Origin: Candidatus Multivorans sp. | GTDB lineage: Bacteria; Acidobacteriota; Thermoanaerobaculia; Multivoradales; Multivoraceae | Length of the DNA stretch: 64,000 nucleotides | NCBI GenBank assembly: GCA_965247095.1 | Contig: OZ251997.1 | Coordinates: 1,216,001-1,280,000, forward strand | Reading direction: 5' to 3' | Program-made: the position numbers and the translations under genes | The notes under the pieces: model-generated | Told to the model about the DNA's origin: nothing | The model's input: the letters and a program-made list of their open reading frames with translations, nothing else | Database searches by the model: none | Shown: positions 28,038-37,218 of the stretch, piece by piece | Layout: each line of letters begins with the position of its first letter | How positions within the stretch are numbered: the first letter of the stretch is position 1

Positions 28038-29339
28038 TCAGCCGTCCGTCGCGGCGATGCAGTAGAGGAAGCTCGCGGTGCGCAGATAGAGCCTGCCGGG
28101 CGCCACGCCGAGCGACGACAGGGTGAAGCCCTGGACCTGGTTTGTGGCCAGGATCTCGAACTCTGGGCCGTCGCGGACGACCGTGGTCACCCCGTCCTCA
28201 TTCGTGGCATAGACCTTGCCGTCGGCAACCAGGAGCGACGCGCTGTAGGTGCCCGGGGTCAGGCGCTGGTCCTTCCAGACCGGCTCACCCGTGACCGCAT
28301 CGAGCCGCGACAGCAGACCGTTGTCCCGCAGCAGGTAGAGCGTCTCGCCGTCGGTCGCCGGCGTCGGCACGTCCGGTCCGCGGTCCGTCTGCCACAGCGT
28401 CTCCGGCTCGCCGCCGTCCCCCAGCCGCAGCGCCTTCATCGGATTGACGCGAGTGGGCACGAACACCAGGTCGCCGACCGAAACAGGCGACGCGACGACC
28501 CGGTACATCGGGCTGTCCCTCGGGTTGAAGCCTCCCACCCGCCACAGCTCGCGGCCGCTCTCCGGGTCGTGGCCGGTGGCGTAGTCGCCGCCGTTCAAGA
28601 CCAGCACGTGGCCATCGCCGCTCTCGACCAGGGCAGGCGTGATGTAGGCGTCCGGCGACTCCATCCGGGCGTCCGTGGGGCGCTCCTGCCGCCAGATCGT
28701 CTCGCCCGAATCGGCGTCGACCGCCAGCAGGTAGGACGGGTCGTCCGTCTTCATGCCGTGCAGCACAGGCACGTAGAGCACACCCTCCCACAGCAGCGCC
28801 GAGGAGCCGTAACCGTGGTTCAGGCCGAAGGCGCCGTAGTCCTGTTCGAGTTCGCGCGCCCAAAGCCGGTTGCCGCCCATGTCGTAGGCCTGCAGGGCGC
28901 CGGTGCCGGTCAGCACCCAGACCCGCTCGCCGTCCGTCACCGGCGACGGCGACGACATGTTGTGCTTGCGCTGGAACCGGTTGCCGCCAGAGATCGGCCG
29001 CCGCCAGACGACCTCCCCGGAGTCCGCGTCGACCAGCCACAGGGAGAGATCGTCCTCCTCGGCCACGTTCAGGAAGATCCGCTTGCCGACCACGATCGGC
29101 GTGGCGCCCGAGCGATCCGGGAGCGGCAGCTTCCAGACGATGTTCCGCTCCGATTCGCCGTCGTGCGACCACTCGACCGGCAGACCGGTGTGGGCGCTGT
29201 ACCCGTTGCGGTCGGGGCCCCGCCAGTTCGGCCACTCCGATGCCCCGACCGCCGCGGCGGCGAGGATCGAAAGGGACGCACAAAGGACGCGAACCGCGCG
29301 GCGGGATCGAACCGGGGACCGCAGGCAGATGCGGCTCAC
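28038..29339 (-). CDS. PQQ-binding-like beta-propeller repeat protein, exported
   Basis: Signal peptide, WPNWRGP, SPSPVTDG and repeated D..SGE..W units. Confidence 0.88.
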   Translation of the reverse strand: MSRICLRSPVRSRRAVRVLCASLSILAAAAVGASEWPNWRGPDRNGYSAHTGLPVEWSHDGESERNIVWKLPLPDRSGATPIVVGKRIFLNVAEEDDLSLWLVDADSGEVVWRRPISGGNRFQRKHNMSSPSPVTDGERVWVLTGTGALQAYDMGGNRLWARELEQDYGAFGLNHGYGSSALLWEGVLYVPVLHGMKTDDPSYLLAVDADSGETIWRQERPTDARMESPDAYITPALVESGDGHVLVLNGGDYATGHDPESGRELWRVGGFNPRDSPMYRVVASPVSVGDLVFVPTRVNPMKALRLGDGGEPETLWQTDRGPDVPTPATDGETLYLLRDNGLLSRLDAVTGEPVWKDQRLTPGTYSASLLVADGKVYATNEDGVTTVVRDGPEFEILATNQVQGFTLSSLGVAPGRLYLRTASFLYCIAATDG

Positions 29340-32278
29340 GCGGCGTCCCTCGCCGCGGCCGGCGCCCCGGCTTCCCCGCCGGCCGCCTCATCCGGCGCCT
29401 CGGACGCCTCCGGCATCAGCAGCACCCGGATCAGGTTCTCGCCGCCGAGATAGTCGCGGGCGGCGCCGCGGATCATGTCCGCGTCGAGCTGGTCGAACAG
29501 TTCTTCGTACTCCAGGATGCTGAGAGGCTCCTCGCCGAATCGGTACACGGTCTGCAGCACCCCCAACCAGAAGCCGTTGGTTTCCTTGGCTGTCTCGCGG
29601 CCCCGCCGCTGCTGCTCCCGGATTTGGGCGATCTCCTCGTCCGTGGCCGGGTCGGTCCGGATAGTGGCAATCTCCTCGTCCACCGCCCGAAGCAGCTCCT
29701 CGACCCGGTCGGGATCGCAGCCGAAGCTGATCTGCACGGCAAATGTCGAAACCGGGATCCTGTCCGAGCCTCCGCCCACGTTCGCGCCGTAGGTGCCGCC
29801 GAGTTCCTCCCGCAGGCGCTCGCGCAGACGGTCCCGCAGTAGCGAAATCATCGAGTTCAGCCGGTAGCGGTTCACCTGGCTCTGCTCGAAGGGGCCGCTA
29901 TGCACCAGGGCGATCTGGCTCTGCGCCTCCAGGCCCTTGTACACCGTCCGCTCGATGCGGCCCTCCGGCGTGCGCACGCCGATGTCCCGCCAGGCTTCCT
30001 CCCGGCCGGTGGACGGGAGGCCGCCGAGCCAGGTCTCGACCAGGGGTTCGATCGCGTCGAGCTCGAAGCTGCCGGCGAAGAAGAACGTGAAGTCGGAGAA
30101 GTCGCGGAACCGGTCCTCGTAGACGGCGAAGACGCGGTCCTGATCGAGTTCCGCCAGCATCTCCTCGGTGATCATGCGACGCCGCGGATGCTCCTGAGTC
30201 GCGATCTCCGTCAGCGCCTTGATGAAGGCGTACCTCGGCATCGCGCTCTGGTTGCGCAGCAGGGCGCCCTGGCGGGTCAGGAAGGACTCGTACGCCTCCG
30301 CGTCGCGGCGGGGTGACGTCGCGCTCAGATAGATCAGCTCGAACAGCGTCTCCAGATCCTTGGGCGAGCCCCGACCGCTGATGCCCTCGAAGAGGGGGCC
30401 GATGACCGGGCCGACCCGCGCCACCTTGCCGGCCAGCGCCTTGTTCAACTGGGTCAGGCTGAAGTTCCCGAACCCGGAAAGCTGGGCCACCGAGGTCGCC
30501 ACGTTCGCTTCGAGCCAGTCGTCGTCCGAAACCAGGGAGATGCCTCCGGGACTGAAGGAGGCGACCAGGATCTCGTCGTTCTTGAAATCGCTGGGCCGCA
30601 GCACGACCCGGACGCCGTTCGACAGGCGCCACTCCGTGACCCCGAGTTCCTCGATCGCCCTTCGCTCCGTGATCTCGCCGGGAGCCGGCGGATCCGGCAC
30701 CAGAGCGCCCTCGCCGACATCGTCCTCGTAGGCAACGACCTCGACCTGCTCAACCCGGTCGAAGACAGCCAGCAATTCCTCCTCGTGCGGCTGCTCGAGC
30801 CCCTCCTTCTCGGGGCCGCTGGCGAGAATCACGCGGTCGTGGTCGTGGATCCAGGAATCCGCGACCCCGTTCACTGCAGCCAACTCGATCTCGGGCACGT
30901 ACCGCCGCGCCAGCTCCCGTTCGTAGACGATGCCCGGAAACGGCTCGTCGGTCAGGAAGTTCCGCGAGTACTCGCCGGCATAGGCCGCCGAATGGGTTTT
31001 GTCGCGCTCATCGTACGCCCGGTCCATCGACCGCAGGGTGTTGACCTTCGCCCGTTCCAGCTCGCTCTCTTCGAAACCGTGGCGGCGGGCCCGCTCCAAT
31101 TCGGTCAGCACGGCTTCGAGCGCCCGCACCGCGCCGCCCTCGCGGGCGCCGGCCGAGAGCATGTAGAGGCTGCGCGTGCGGGCCAGACTGCCCCTGCTGC
31201 TGGTCGCGCCGATGAAGGGCGGATCCGCCTGCTCGGCCCGCTCCGCCAGACGGTTGTTCAGCATGCCGTTGTACAGGCCCCGGATCAGCCGGCTGCGGTA
31301 GTCGGCAACCGTGTGGAAGGGATCGTCCGGGCCCTTGTAAGCGACCGAGACCGAGGTGCCCGGCAACTCCGGATCGGCGAACACCGAGACCAGCGTCTCG
31401 CGGTGGGGAGGGATCTCGGCCTCGAAGCGCTCGCGCGGCTCTTCCCGGGCCGCGAGCTTGCCGAAACGGCTGCGCACCTCTGCCGCGATCGCCGCGGCAT
31501 CGAAGTCGCCGACCGCGATGACCGCCATCAGGTCGGGCCGGTACCAGTCCCGGTAGAAGTCCCGCAGCCGGTCCGGCAGAGCTTCCCGCAGGATCTCCGG
31601 GTCGCCGATCGGCAACCTCTCCGCGTAGCGCGAGCCGTGGAACCGGTACGGGATCTCGGCATCGAGGCGGCGCGCGCCGGCGCCCCGGCCGCCCCGCCAC
31701 TCCTCGATCACGACCCCGCGCTCGCTCTCGATCTCCTCTTCCTCGAAGCTGACGCCGGACGCCCAGTCCTCGAGCACCAGGAGCGCCGTGTCGAGAATCT
31801 CCGGGTCGTCCGTCGGCACTTCCAGCATGTAGACCGTTTCGTCGAAGCCCGTGTAGGCGTTGACGTCCGGCCCGAAGCGCATGCCGATGCCCTGCAGGTA
31901 GTCGAGCAGCTCGGTCTTCTCGAAGTTCCGCGTGCCGTTGAACGCCATGTGTTCGACGAAGTGGGCCAGGCCGAGCTGGTCGTCGTCCTCGAGCACCGAG
32001 CCGGCGCGCACGACGAGGCGCAGAAAGGCTCGGTTCTCGGGCCGGCCGTTGCCGCGCACGTAGTAGCGGAGACCGTTCTCCAGTTGACCGGTCAGCACCG
32101 CCGGATCCTGTGGCAGGACCTCGGTCAGCTCGTAAGTCCAGTCGCCGCCGGCTTCCTGCTGGGCGACAGCGACGCCGACCCCGAGCGAACACACCCAGGC
32201 GGTGAGCAACGCAGCGTCCACCGCCACTCGGGACAAGCCCGGTCTGCGGGACATTGGAAGGACACTTCGCTCGATCAT
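29336..32278 (-). CDS. M16 family zinc peptidase (PqqL-like), exported
   Basis: GLAHFVEHMAFNGT (HxxEH), NAYTGFDETVY, ERLPIG, WYRPD and LREELGGTY; start may be 32254. Confidence 0.93.
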   Translation of the reverse strand: MIERSVLPMSRRPGLSRVAVDAALLTAWVCSLGVGVAVAQQEAGGDWTYELTEVLPQDPAVLTGQLENGLRYYVRGNGRPENRAFLRLVVRAGSVLEDDDQLGLAHFVEHMAFNGTRNFEKTELLDYLQGIGMRFGPDVNAYTGFDETVYMLEVPTDDPEILDTALLVLEDWASGVSFEEEEIESERGVVIEEWRGGRGAGARRLDAEIPYRFHGSRYAERLPIGDPEILREALPDRLRDFYRDWYRPDLMAVIAVGDFDAAAIAAEVRSRFGKLAAREEPRERFEAEIPPHRETLVSVFADPELPGTSVSVAYKGPDDPFHTVADYRSRLIRGLYNGMLNNRLAERAEQADPPFIGATSSRGSLARTRSLYMLSAGAREGGAVRALEAVLTELERARRHGFEESELERAKVNTLRSMDRAYDERDKTHSAAYAGEYSRNFLTDEPFPGIVYERELARRYVPEIELAAVNGVADSWIHDHDRVILASGPEKEGLEQPHEEELLAVFDRVEQVEVVAYEDDVGEGALVPDPPAPGEITERRAIEELGVTEWRLSNGVRVVLRPSDFKNDEILVASFSPGGISLVSDDDWLEANVATSVAQLSGFGNFSLTQLNKALAGKVARVGPVIGPLFEGISGRGSPKDLETLFELIYLSATSPRRDAEAYESFLTRQGALLRNQSAMPRYAFIKALTEIATQEHPRRRMITEEMLAELDQDRVFAVYEDRFRDFSDFTFFFAGSFELDAIEPLVETWLGGLPSTGREEAWRDIGVRTPEGRIERTVYKGLEAQSQIALVHSGPFEQSQVNRYRLNSMISLLRDRLRERLREELGGTYGANVGGGSDRIPVSTFAVQISFGCDPDRVEELLRAVDEEIATIRTDPATDEEIAQIREQQRRGRETAKETNGFWLGVLQTVYRFGEEPLSILEYEELFDQLDADMIRGAARDYLGGENLIRVLLMPEASEAPDEAAGGEAGAPAAARDAA

Positions 32279-32294
32279 GGCTTCCCCTTCGTCA

Positions 32295-33065
32295 CTAGCT
32301 GTTCCCTGCAACCGCGGACGCTCCCGATGAGGAACGGCCGCCCTCCACGCGCACTACGGCGTTGCTCGGCAGGGCCTCCACCAAGGCTTCCACCGCGAGG
32401 TCCGCGGCGGAGCGGCTGCGGCTGTCCACCGTCAGCTTGACCCGATAGTCCCCGTCCATCACCGGATAGCTGCCGATCTCGACCTCGTTGTGAGCGGCGA
32501 CAACGAGGTCGAGCATCTCGGCAATGTCCGTCTCGCGGCACAGCGTGTAGACGGCGCGGCTGTAGAACCGCCGGCCGGCCGCCAACCGGTCGCGCAGCAA
32601 GGGCAGCTTCATGCGGAAGATCCGCGGCACCCCTGGCAGCACGTAGACGTTGTCCATCACCACGGAAGGCCATGGCACTTCCGGCGTGCTGACCAGGTCG
32701 GCGCCCTCCGGCACGTCAGCCATTCGAAGGTGGCCCTCGGTGCAGCGTTCCCCCACCATCTCGCGGATCTTGGTCACCAGTTCCGGCGAGCGCACCAAGG
32801 GCCGGTCGAAGGCGTCAGCCACCGCCCGCAGAGTGACATCGTCATGGGTCGGACCGACGCCGCCCGACGTGATCACATAGTCGAAACGGGCTCTGAGCCT
32901 CTGAATGTCCGCCGCGATGCCGGCGATATCGTCCGGGCAGACGACCACCCGCCGCAACTCGATTCCCAGACCGAACAACTCCCGCGCCAGCAGGGTCAGG
33001 TTCGCCTCCTCGACCTTGCCGGTGAGGATTTCGTTCCCGATGATCAGCGCCGCCGCGGTGGGCAT
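32295..33065 (-). CDS. CinA-like molybdopterin-binding / competence-damage protein
   Basis: IIGNEILTG, V.PDD, TSGGVGPTHDDVT, LPGVP and IGSYP. Confidence 0.9.
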   Translation of the reverse strand: MPTAAALIIGNEILTGKVEEANLTLLARELFGLGIELRRVVVCPDDIAGIAADIQRLRARFDYVITSGGVGPTHDDVTLRAVADAFDRPLVRSPELVTKIREMVGERCTEGHLRMADVPEGADLVSTPEVPWPSVVMDNVYVLPGVPRIFRMKLPLLRDRLAAGRRFYSRAVYTLCRETDIAEMLDLVVAAHNEVEIGSYPVMDGDYRVKLTVDSRSRSAADLAVEALVEALPSNAVVRVEGGRSSSGASAVAGNS

Positions 33066-33092
33066 CGCGGTAGCTTACTCTTCACTCAGCAC

Positions 33093-33884
33093 TCATCGGC
33101 CGTCGAAACGGGGCGATCGCCGCTCGGTGAGGGCCTGCACGCCCTCGCGCGCATCGGCGGTGCCGAAGGTGATCTCCTGCTCCGCACTCTCGAGGTCGAG
33201 CGCCTCGTCGATCGTCCGCTCCAAGGTGCCGCGCACGGTCCGCTTGGTCGCCTTCACCGCCACCGGGCCGGCAGCCGAGATCTCCAGTGCCAAGTCCTCG
33301 ACGACCTGGTCGAAGTCCTCGTCCGCCTCGCGGCTGGCGATGCCCCACTCGACCGCAGTTGCGGCGTCGATCAGCCGGCCGCTGTAAAGGAGCTCGGCGG
33401 CGCGGGCGGGGCCGATCAGGCGCGGGAGCGTCCAGGTCGCGGCCATTCCCGGGTGGATTCCGAGGCGCACGAAGGTCATCCCCACCCGCGCGCCGGTCTT
33501 GATCACCCGCATGTCGCAGCCGAGCGCGAAGCACAGGCCGGCGCCGATCGCGTGGCCGTTGATCGCCGCGATCGACGGCGCCTCGAGGTCGCGGACCGAA
33601 AGGTAAAGACGGTAAAAGTTCGAGCCGCCGCCGAGGCCGGGTCCCGCGCCCGGATCCTCGCTGACCTCCTCCTGGATGGTCTTCAGGCTGCCGCCGGCGC
33701 TGAACGCGCGGCCGGCGCCGCGTACGATGACCACCCGGGTCTCGTCCCGGTCATTGATCAGCGGCACGGCGTCCCGGATCTCGGTGCCCATGGCCGACGT
33801 CATCGCGTTCAACTTCGACGGCACGTTGAGGGTCAACCGCGTGATCGGACCCTGGTGGTCCAGCAGGATGTGCTCGAAACTCAT
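33093..33884 (-). CDS. enoyl-CoA hydratase/isomerase family protein
   Basis: LN.P.KLNA, GRAFSAGG, IAAINGHAIGAG...ALGCD.R and D.REG..A..ERR.P.F.G. Confidence 0.92.
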   Translation of the reverse strand: MSFEHILLDHQGPITRLTLNVPSKLNAMTSAMGTEIRDAVPLINDRDETRVVIVRGAGRAFSAGGSLKTIQEEVSEDPGAGPGLGGGSNFYRLYLSVRDLEAPSIAAINGHAIGAGLCFALGCDMRVIKTGARVGMTFVRLGIHPGMAATWTLPRLIGPARAAELLYSGRLIDAATAVEWGIASREADEDFDQVVEDLALEISAAGPVAVKATKRTVRGTLERTIDEALDLESAEQEITFGTADAREGVQALTERRSPRFDGR

Positions 33885-33920
33885 GACACAGGTTCCTCCT
33901 TCGGCGATACAATGCGGCAC

Positions 33921-34487
33921 ATGCTAACGATCACCGAGCTGGCACAGAAGCAGGTCGCCGAAGCGATGAAGGACGAGGAGCGCGACGACCTCGCCCTCCG
34001 CATCTCGATCACCGGCCGCACCGGCGGCGGCTTCCGGTACCTGATGGACCTGGTCGGACTCGACGAAGCCCGACCCGGCGACGCGGTGGTGGAAACCGAC
34101 ACGTTCAAGGTCTACGTCGACTCCGAGAGCGCCCCGGACCTCGAGGGCACGACGATCGACTTCGTCACCCGCCTGTCCGAGAGCGGTTTCAAGTTCGAGA
34201 ACCCGAACTCGGCCTGGGGCGACTCGGTGGCGGCCGACGTCCAGCGCATCCTGGACGACCAGATCAATCCGCAGATCGCTGCCCACGGGGGCTTTGTCAC
34301 CCTGCTCGAGGTCAAGGACGAGACCGCGTTCATCACCATGGGCGGCGGCTGCCAGGGCTGCGGCATGGCCGATCTCACCCTGAAGCAGGGTGTCGAGCAG
34401 GCGATCCTGGATGCGGTGCCGACCGTCACACGCGTGCTCGACTCGACGGACCACGCGGCCGGCACAAACCCGTACTACGCGCCGTAG
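33921..34487 (+). CDS. nfuA: Fe-S biogenesis protein NfuA (degenerate A-type domain plus Nfu domain)
   Basis: GFKFENPN, INPQIAAHGG, GGGCQGC and TDHAAGTNPYY. Confidence 0.92.
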   Translation: MLTITELAQKQVAEAMKDEERDDLALRISITGRTGGGFRYLMDLVGLDEARPGDAVVETDTFKVYVDSESAPDLEGTTIDFVTRLSESGFKFENPNSAWGDSVAADVQRILDDQINPQIAAHGGFVTLLEVKDETAFITMGGGCQGCGMADLTLKQGVEQAILDAVPTVTRVLDSTDHAAGTNPYYAP

Positions 34488-34572
34488 GGCGCGGTCCGGG
34501 AGTCGGAACATCGGATCGGCGGCGCGGCCGGTTTCCGGTCGGGTGGCGAGAGTTCTTGCCGTCCGGAGGCAG

Positions 34573-35544
34573 TCAGATGGGTTCCATTTCGTCGACTCGC
34601 CGCAGGAACTCGCCCGCATCGCGGCAGGTGAATGCGAGCCGAATCACGCCTGCCGGATCGGACGAACCGTCGCAGCCGGCGAGCCATCGCTTCAGCGCGA
34701 CAGAAACCGGGATGCCGCGCGAAACGAACGCCTCGGTGACCGCCGCGCGGACGAGTTCGGCGGCGGCTTCCCTGCGCTCCTGGCGCAGGAACGGATCGTC
34801 GTCCGGCCCGGTGCCCTCGGCAGCGCCCAGCGCTCGGCCCACCCGGCGCAGGACGGAGACTGTCTCGGCTGACTCTTCCTGCTCGTTCAACGCGTGGTGG
34901 ATTTCCACGGCAGTCCATCCCGGGAAGGCGCGGCTCGTCGGCGCCGCGACGTATCGGTCACCCTCCCACAGGAAGATCGTCAGGCCCGAGCGCCGCCTGC
35001 CCCGCAACCAGGGAGGGTCCGGCACTTCCACCCACACTTCCGGCAGCCTCCAGGCCGCGTAGTCCTCCAGCTTGCCGCGGCGGCCGCCCCGGCCACGCCG
35101 GACATCGGTCGTGTAGTCCACCTCCAGCACGACATCCGGCAACGAATCGCTGTCCACCTCGATGTAGGGGCCGGCGGGCGCGTCTCGCTTGGGGTGAAGG
35201 TAGATCGTCGCGTCGGCCTGAAGGACCAACTCCCGGTGGCCAGCAGCGCTCCGGGCGACCAGGTCGGCCGAACCGGCCGAGAAGATCGCTGAACCGCGAA
35301 CATGAGCGATCGACCGGATCAACTGGACCAGCCGGCTTGCGCACGCGTCGTGCTGGACGCTCGGCTCCCGCAGCACCATCGCGATCTGCGTCCTCGCGTC
35401 CCAACACTCCACCCGGCGGCCGTCGCCCTCGTCGAACTCGGCGAGCGTCATGGGGACGGCGTCGCAGCCCAGGTACTCGCGGGGAGCAGACTGTGCGGCC
35501 GCACGACGGATTTCCGACAACCCCGAACCGCTCGCACCTTCCAT
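34573..35544 (-). CDS. Uma2 / PD-(D/E)xK-like putative endonuclease
   Basis: QAD...YLHP and PDVVLEVD.TT....K...YAAW..PEVWV; ATG 35544 lies 7 nt after TAGGAT. Confidence 0.7.
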   Translation of the reverse strand: MEGASGSGLSEIRRAAAQSAPREYLGCDAVPMTLAEFDEGDGRRVECWDARTQIAMVLREPSVQHDACASRLVQLIRSIAHVRGSAIFSAGSADLVARSAAGHRELVLQADATIYLHPKRDAPAGPYIEVDSDSLPDVVLEVDYTTDVRRGRGGRRGKLEDYAAWRLPEVWVEVPDPPWLRGRRRSGLTIFLWEGDRYVAAPTSRAFPGWTAVEIHHALNEQEESAETVSVLRRVGRALGAAEGTGPDDDPFLRQERREAAAELVRAAVTEAFVSRGIPVSVALKRWLAGCDGSSDPAGVIRLAFTCRDAGEFLRRVDEMEPI

Positions 35545-35792
35545 GGTTCGGATCCTAACCGAGTCCAGCACCGAATCTGAGCACCGTCCCGGCAAGAGGC
35601 CCTCTCGGCAAGCATGGCCCTCGTTCCGTCCGGCCGAAGCCGGCAGCCGCCGGCTGAGCCGCTGACGCCCCGGCCGTATTGCCGATACCCCATCGTTGTG
35701 GAATAGTCCCTCACTGGTCGAGCGACGCGTTCCGATTCGCCATCGCTCGCCGGACTAGAGCTCGATCGCCGGAATAGAGCACGTCACAATCG

Positions 35793-37202
35793 ATGGGCAC
35801 GCACCGTTTCAGACGGGGACTGAGCCTGCCCATCTCGGGCGCTCCCGAGCAGACGGTCGCCGACGCCGCGGCGCCCGGGACGGTAGCGGTCACGGCCGCC
35901 GACTACCCCGGCATGAAGCCGGCGATGCACGTCTCGCCGGGCGACGCCGTACGGCGCGGACAACTCCTGTTCGAGGACCGCAAGCAGCCCGGTGTCCGCC
36001 TCACCTCGCCTGCCGCCGGCACGGTCGTGGCCGTGAACCGGGGCGCCAAGCGAGCCCTGATCTCGGTCGTGGTGCGGGTCGATCCCTCGGACCAGGCGGC
36101 ATCGGGCGGCGCCCAGGTCGACTTCGCGAACTACACCGGGCGTCACCCGAGCGCTCTGAGCCGCGAGGAAGTGCAGGCGCTGCTGGTCGAGTCCGGCGAC
36201 TGGACCGCCCTGCGGGCGCGCCCATTCGGGCGCACCGCCGCCCTCGGGTCGATGCCCAAGTCGATCTTCGTCACCGCGATGAACAGCGAACCCTTCGCCC
36301 CCGATGCGGACCGAATCGCCGAGGGACGCGCCGGCGACCTGGAACGCGGTCTGGCGGCCCTGGCCCGGCTGACTGACGGCCCGGTCTATCTCTGCCGCGC
36401 GCCGGGAACGCTGGCGGCCGTCGAGACGAGCGGCCAGGTGCGGATCGAGGAATTCGTCGGCCCCCACCCCGCCGGCGCTCCGGGCCTGCACATTCACACC
36501 CTGGATCCGGTCGACCGCAGCAAGCTCGTATGGCAGATCGGACTCCAGGACACCGTCGCGATCGGCCGGCTGTTCGCGACCGGGGAGTCCGACGTTGTGC
36601 GCATCGTCGCTCTCGCCGGCCCGCCGGTGCGCGCTCCGAGGCTGCTGCGCACGCGGCTCGGCGCCTCCCTCGCCGATCTTGTGCGGGCCGAGACGAGCAA
36701 CACGGGCGAAGCTGACGGCGACGTCGCAGCGCGTGTCATCAGCGGCTCGCCTCTCAGCGGCCGAACCGCGATCGGGAAGGGCGCGCCGGCCGACCTCCAC
36801 GGCTACCTGGGCCGCTTCCACGACACGGTCTCGGTGCTCGAGGACGACCACAGCCGCCGCTTTCTGGGCTGGCTGCAGCCCGGCTTCGGCGCTTTCTCGC
36901 GCGCCCGCGCCTTCGGCTCCACGCTGCTGCCTCGCCGGTCCTTCGCCATGACCACGACGACCTGGGGTTCACCGCGCGCCATCGTGCCGATCGGCCTCTA
37001 CGAGAGCGTCTTTCCTTGGGACTTGCAGCCGACCTTCCTGCTCAAGTCCCTGGTGGCCGGGGACATCGAGCGGGCCGAAGAACTCGGCTGCCTGGAGTTG
37101 CTGGAGGAGGATCTGGCGCTCTGCACCTTCGTGTGCCCCGGCAAGACCGAGTACGGCCCCTACCTGCGCGACGCGCTCGAACTGATCGAGAAGGAAGGTT
37201 AG
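35793..37202 (+). CDS. nqrA: Na+-translocating NADH:quinone reductase subunit A
   Basis: GL.LPI.G.P, DY.GMKP.M.V, GPHPAG, LG.LEL.EEDLALC.FVCPGK.EYG and IEKEG. Confidence 0.96.
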   Translation: MGTHRFRRGLSLPISGAPEQTVADAAAPGTVAVTAADYPGMKPAMHVSPGDAVRRGQLLFEDRKQPGVRLTSPAAGTVVAVNRGAKRALISVVVRVDPSDQAASGGAQVDFANYTGRHPSALSREEVQALLVESGDWTALRARPFGRTAALGSMPKSIFVTAMNSEPFAPDADRIAEGRAGDLERGLAALARLTDGPVYLCRAPGTLAAVETSGQVRIEEFVGPHPAGAPGLHIHTLDPVDRSKLVWQIGLQDTVAIGRLFATGESDVVRIVALAGPPVRAPRLLRTRLGASLADLVRAETSNTGEADGDVAARVISGSPLSGRTAIGKGAPADLHGYLGRFHDTVSVLEDDHSRRFLGWLQPGFGAFSRARAFGSTLLPRRSFAMTTTTWGSPRAIVPIGLYESVFPWDLQPTFLLKSLVAGDIERAEELGCLELLEEDLALCTFVCPGKTEYGPYLRDALELIEKEG

Positions 37203-37218
37203 GGCCCTTCGGCTGGCA

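Noticed and set aside
32490-33911. Apparent 665-aa NfuA fusion
   Set aside because: The upstream part is the antisense shadow of the cinA-like and enoyl-CoA hydratase genes
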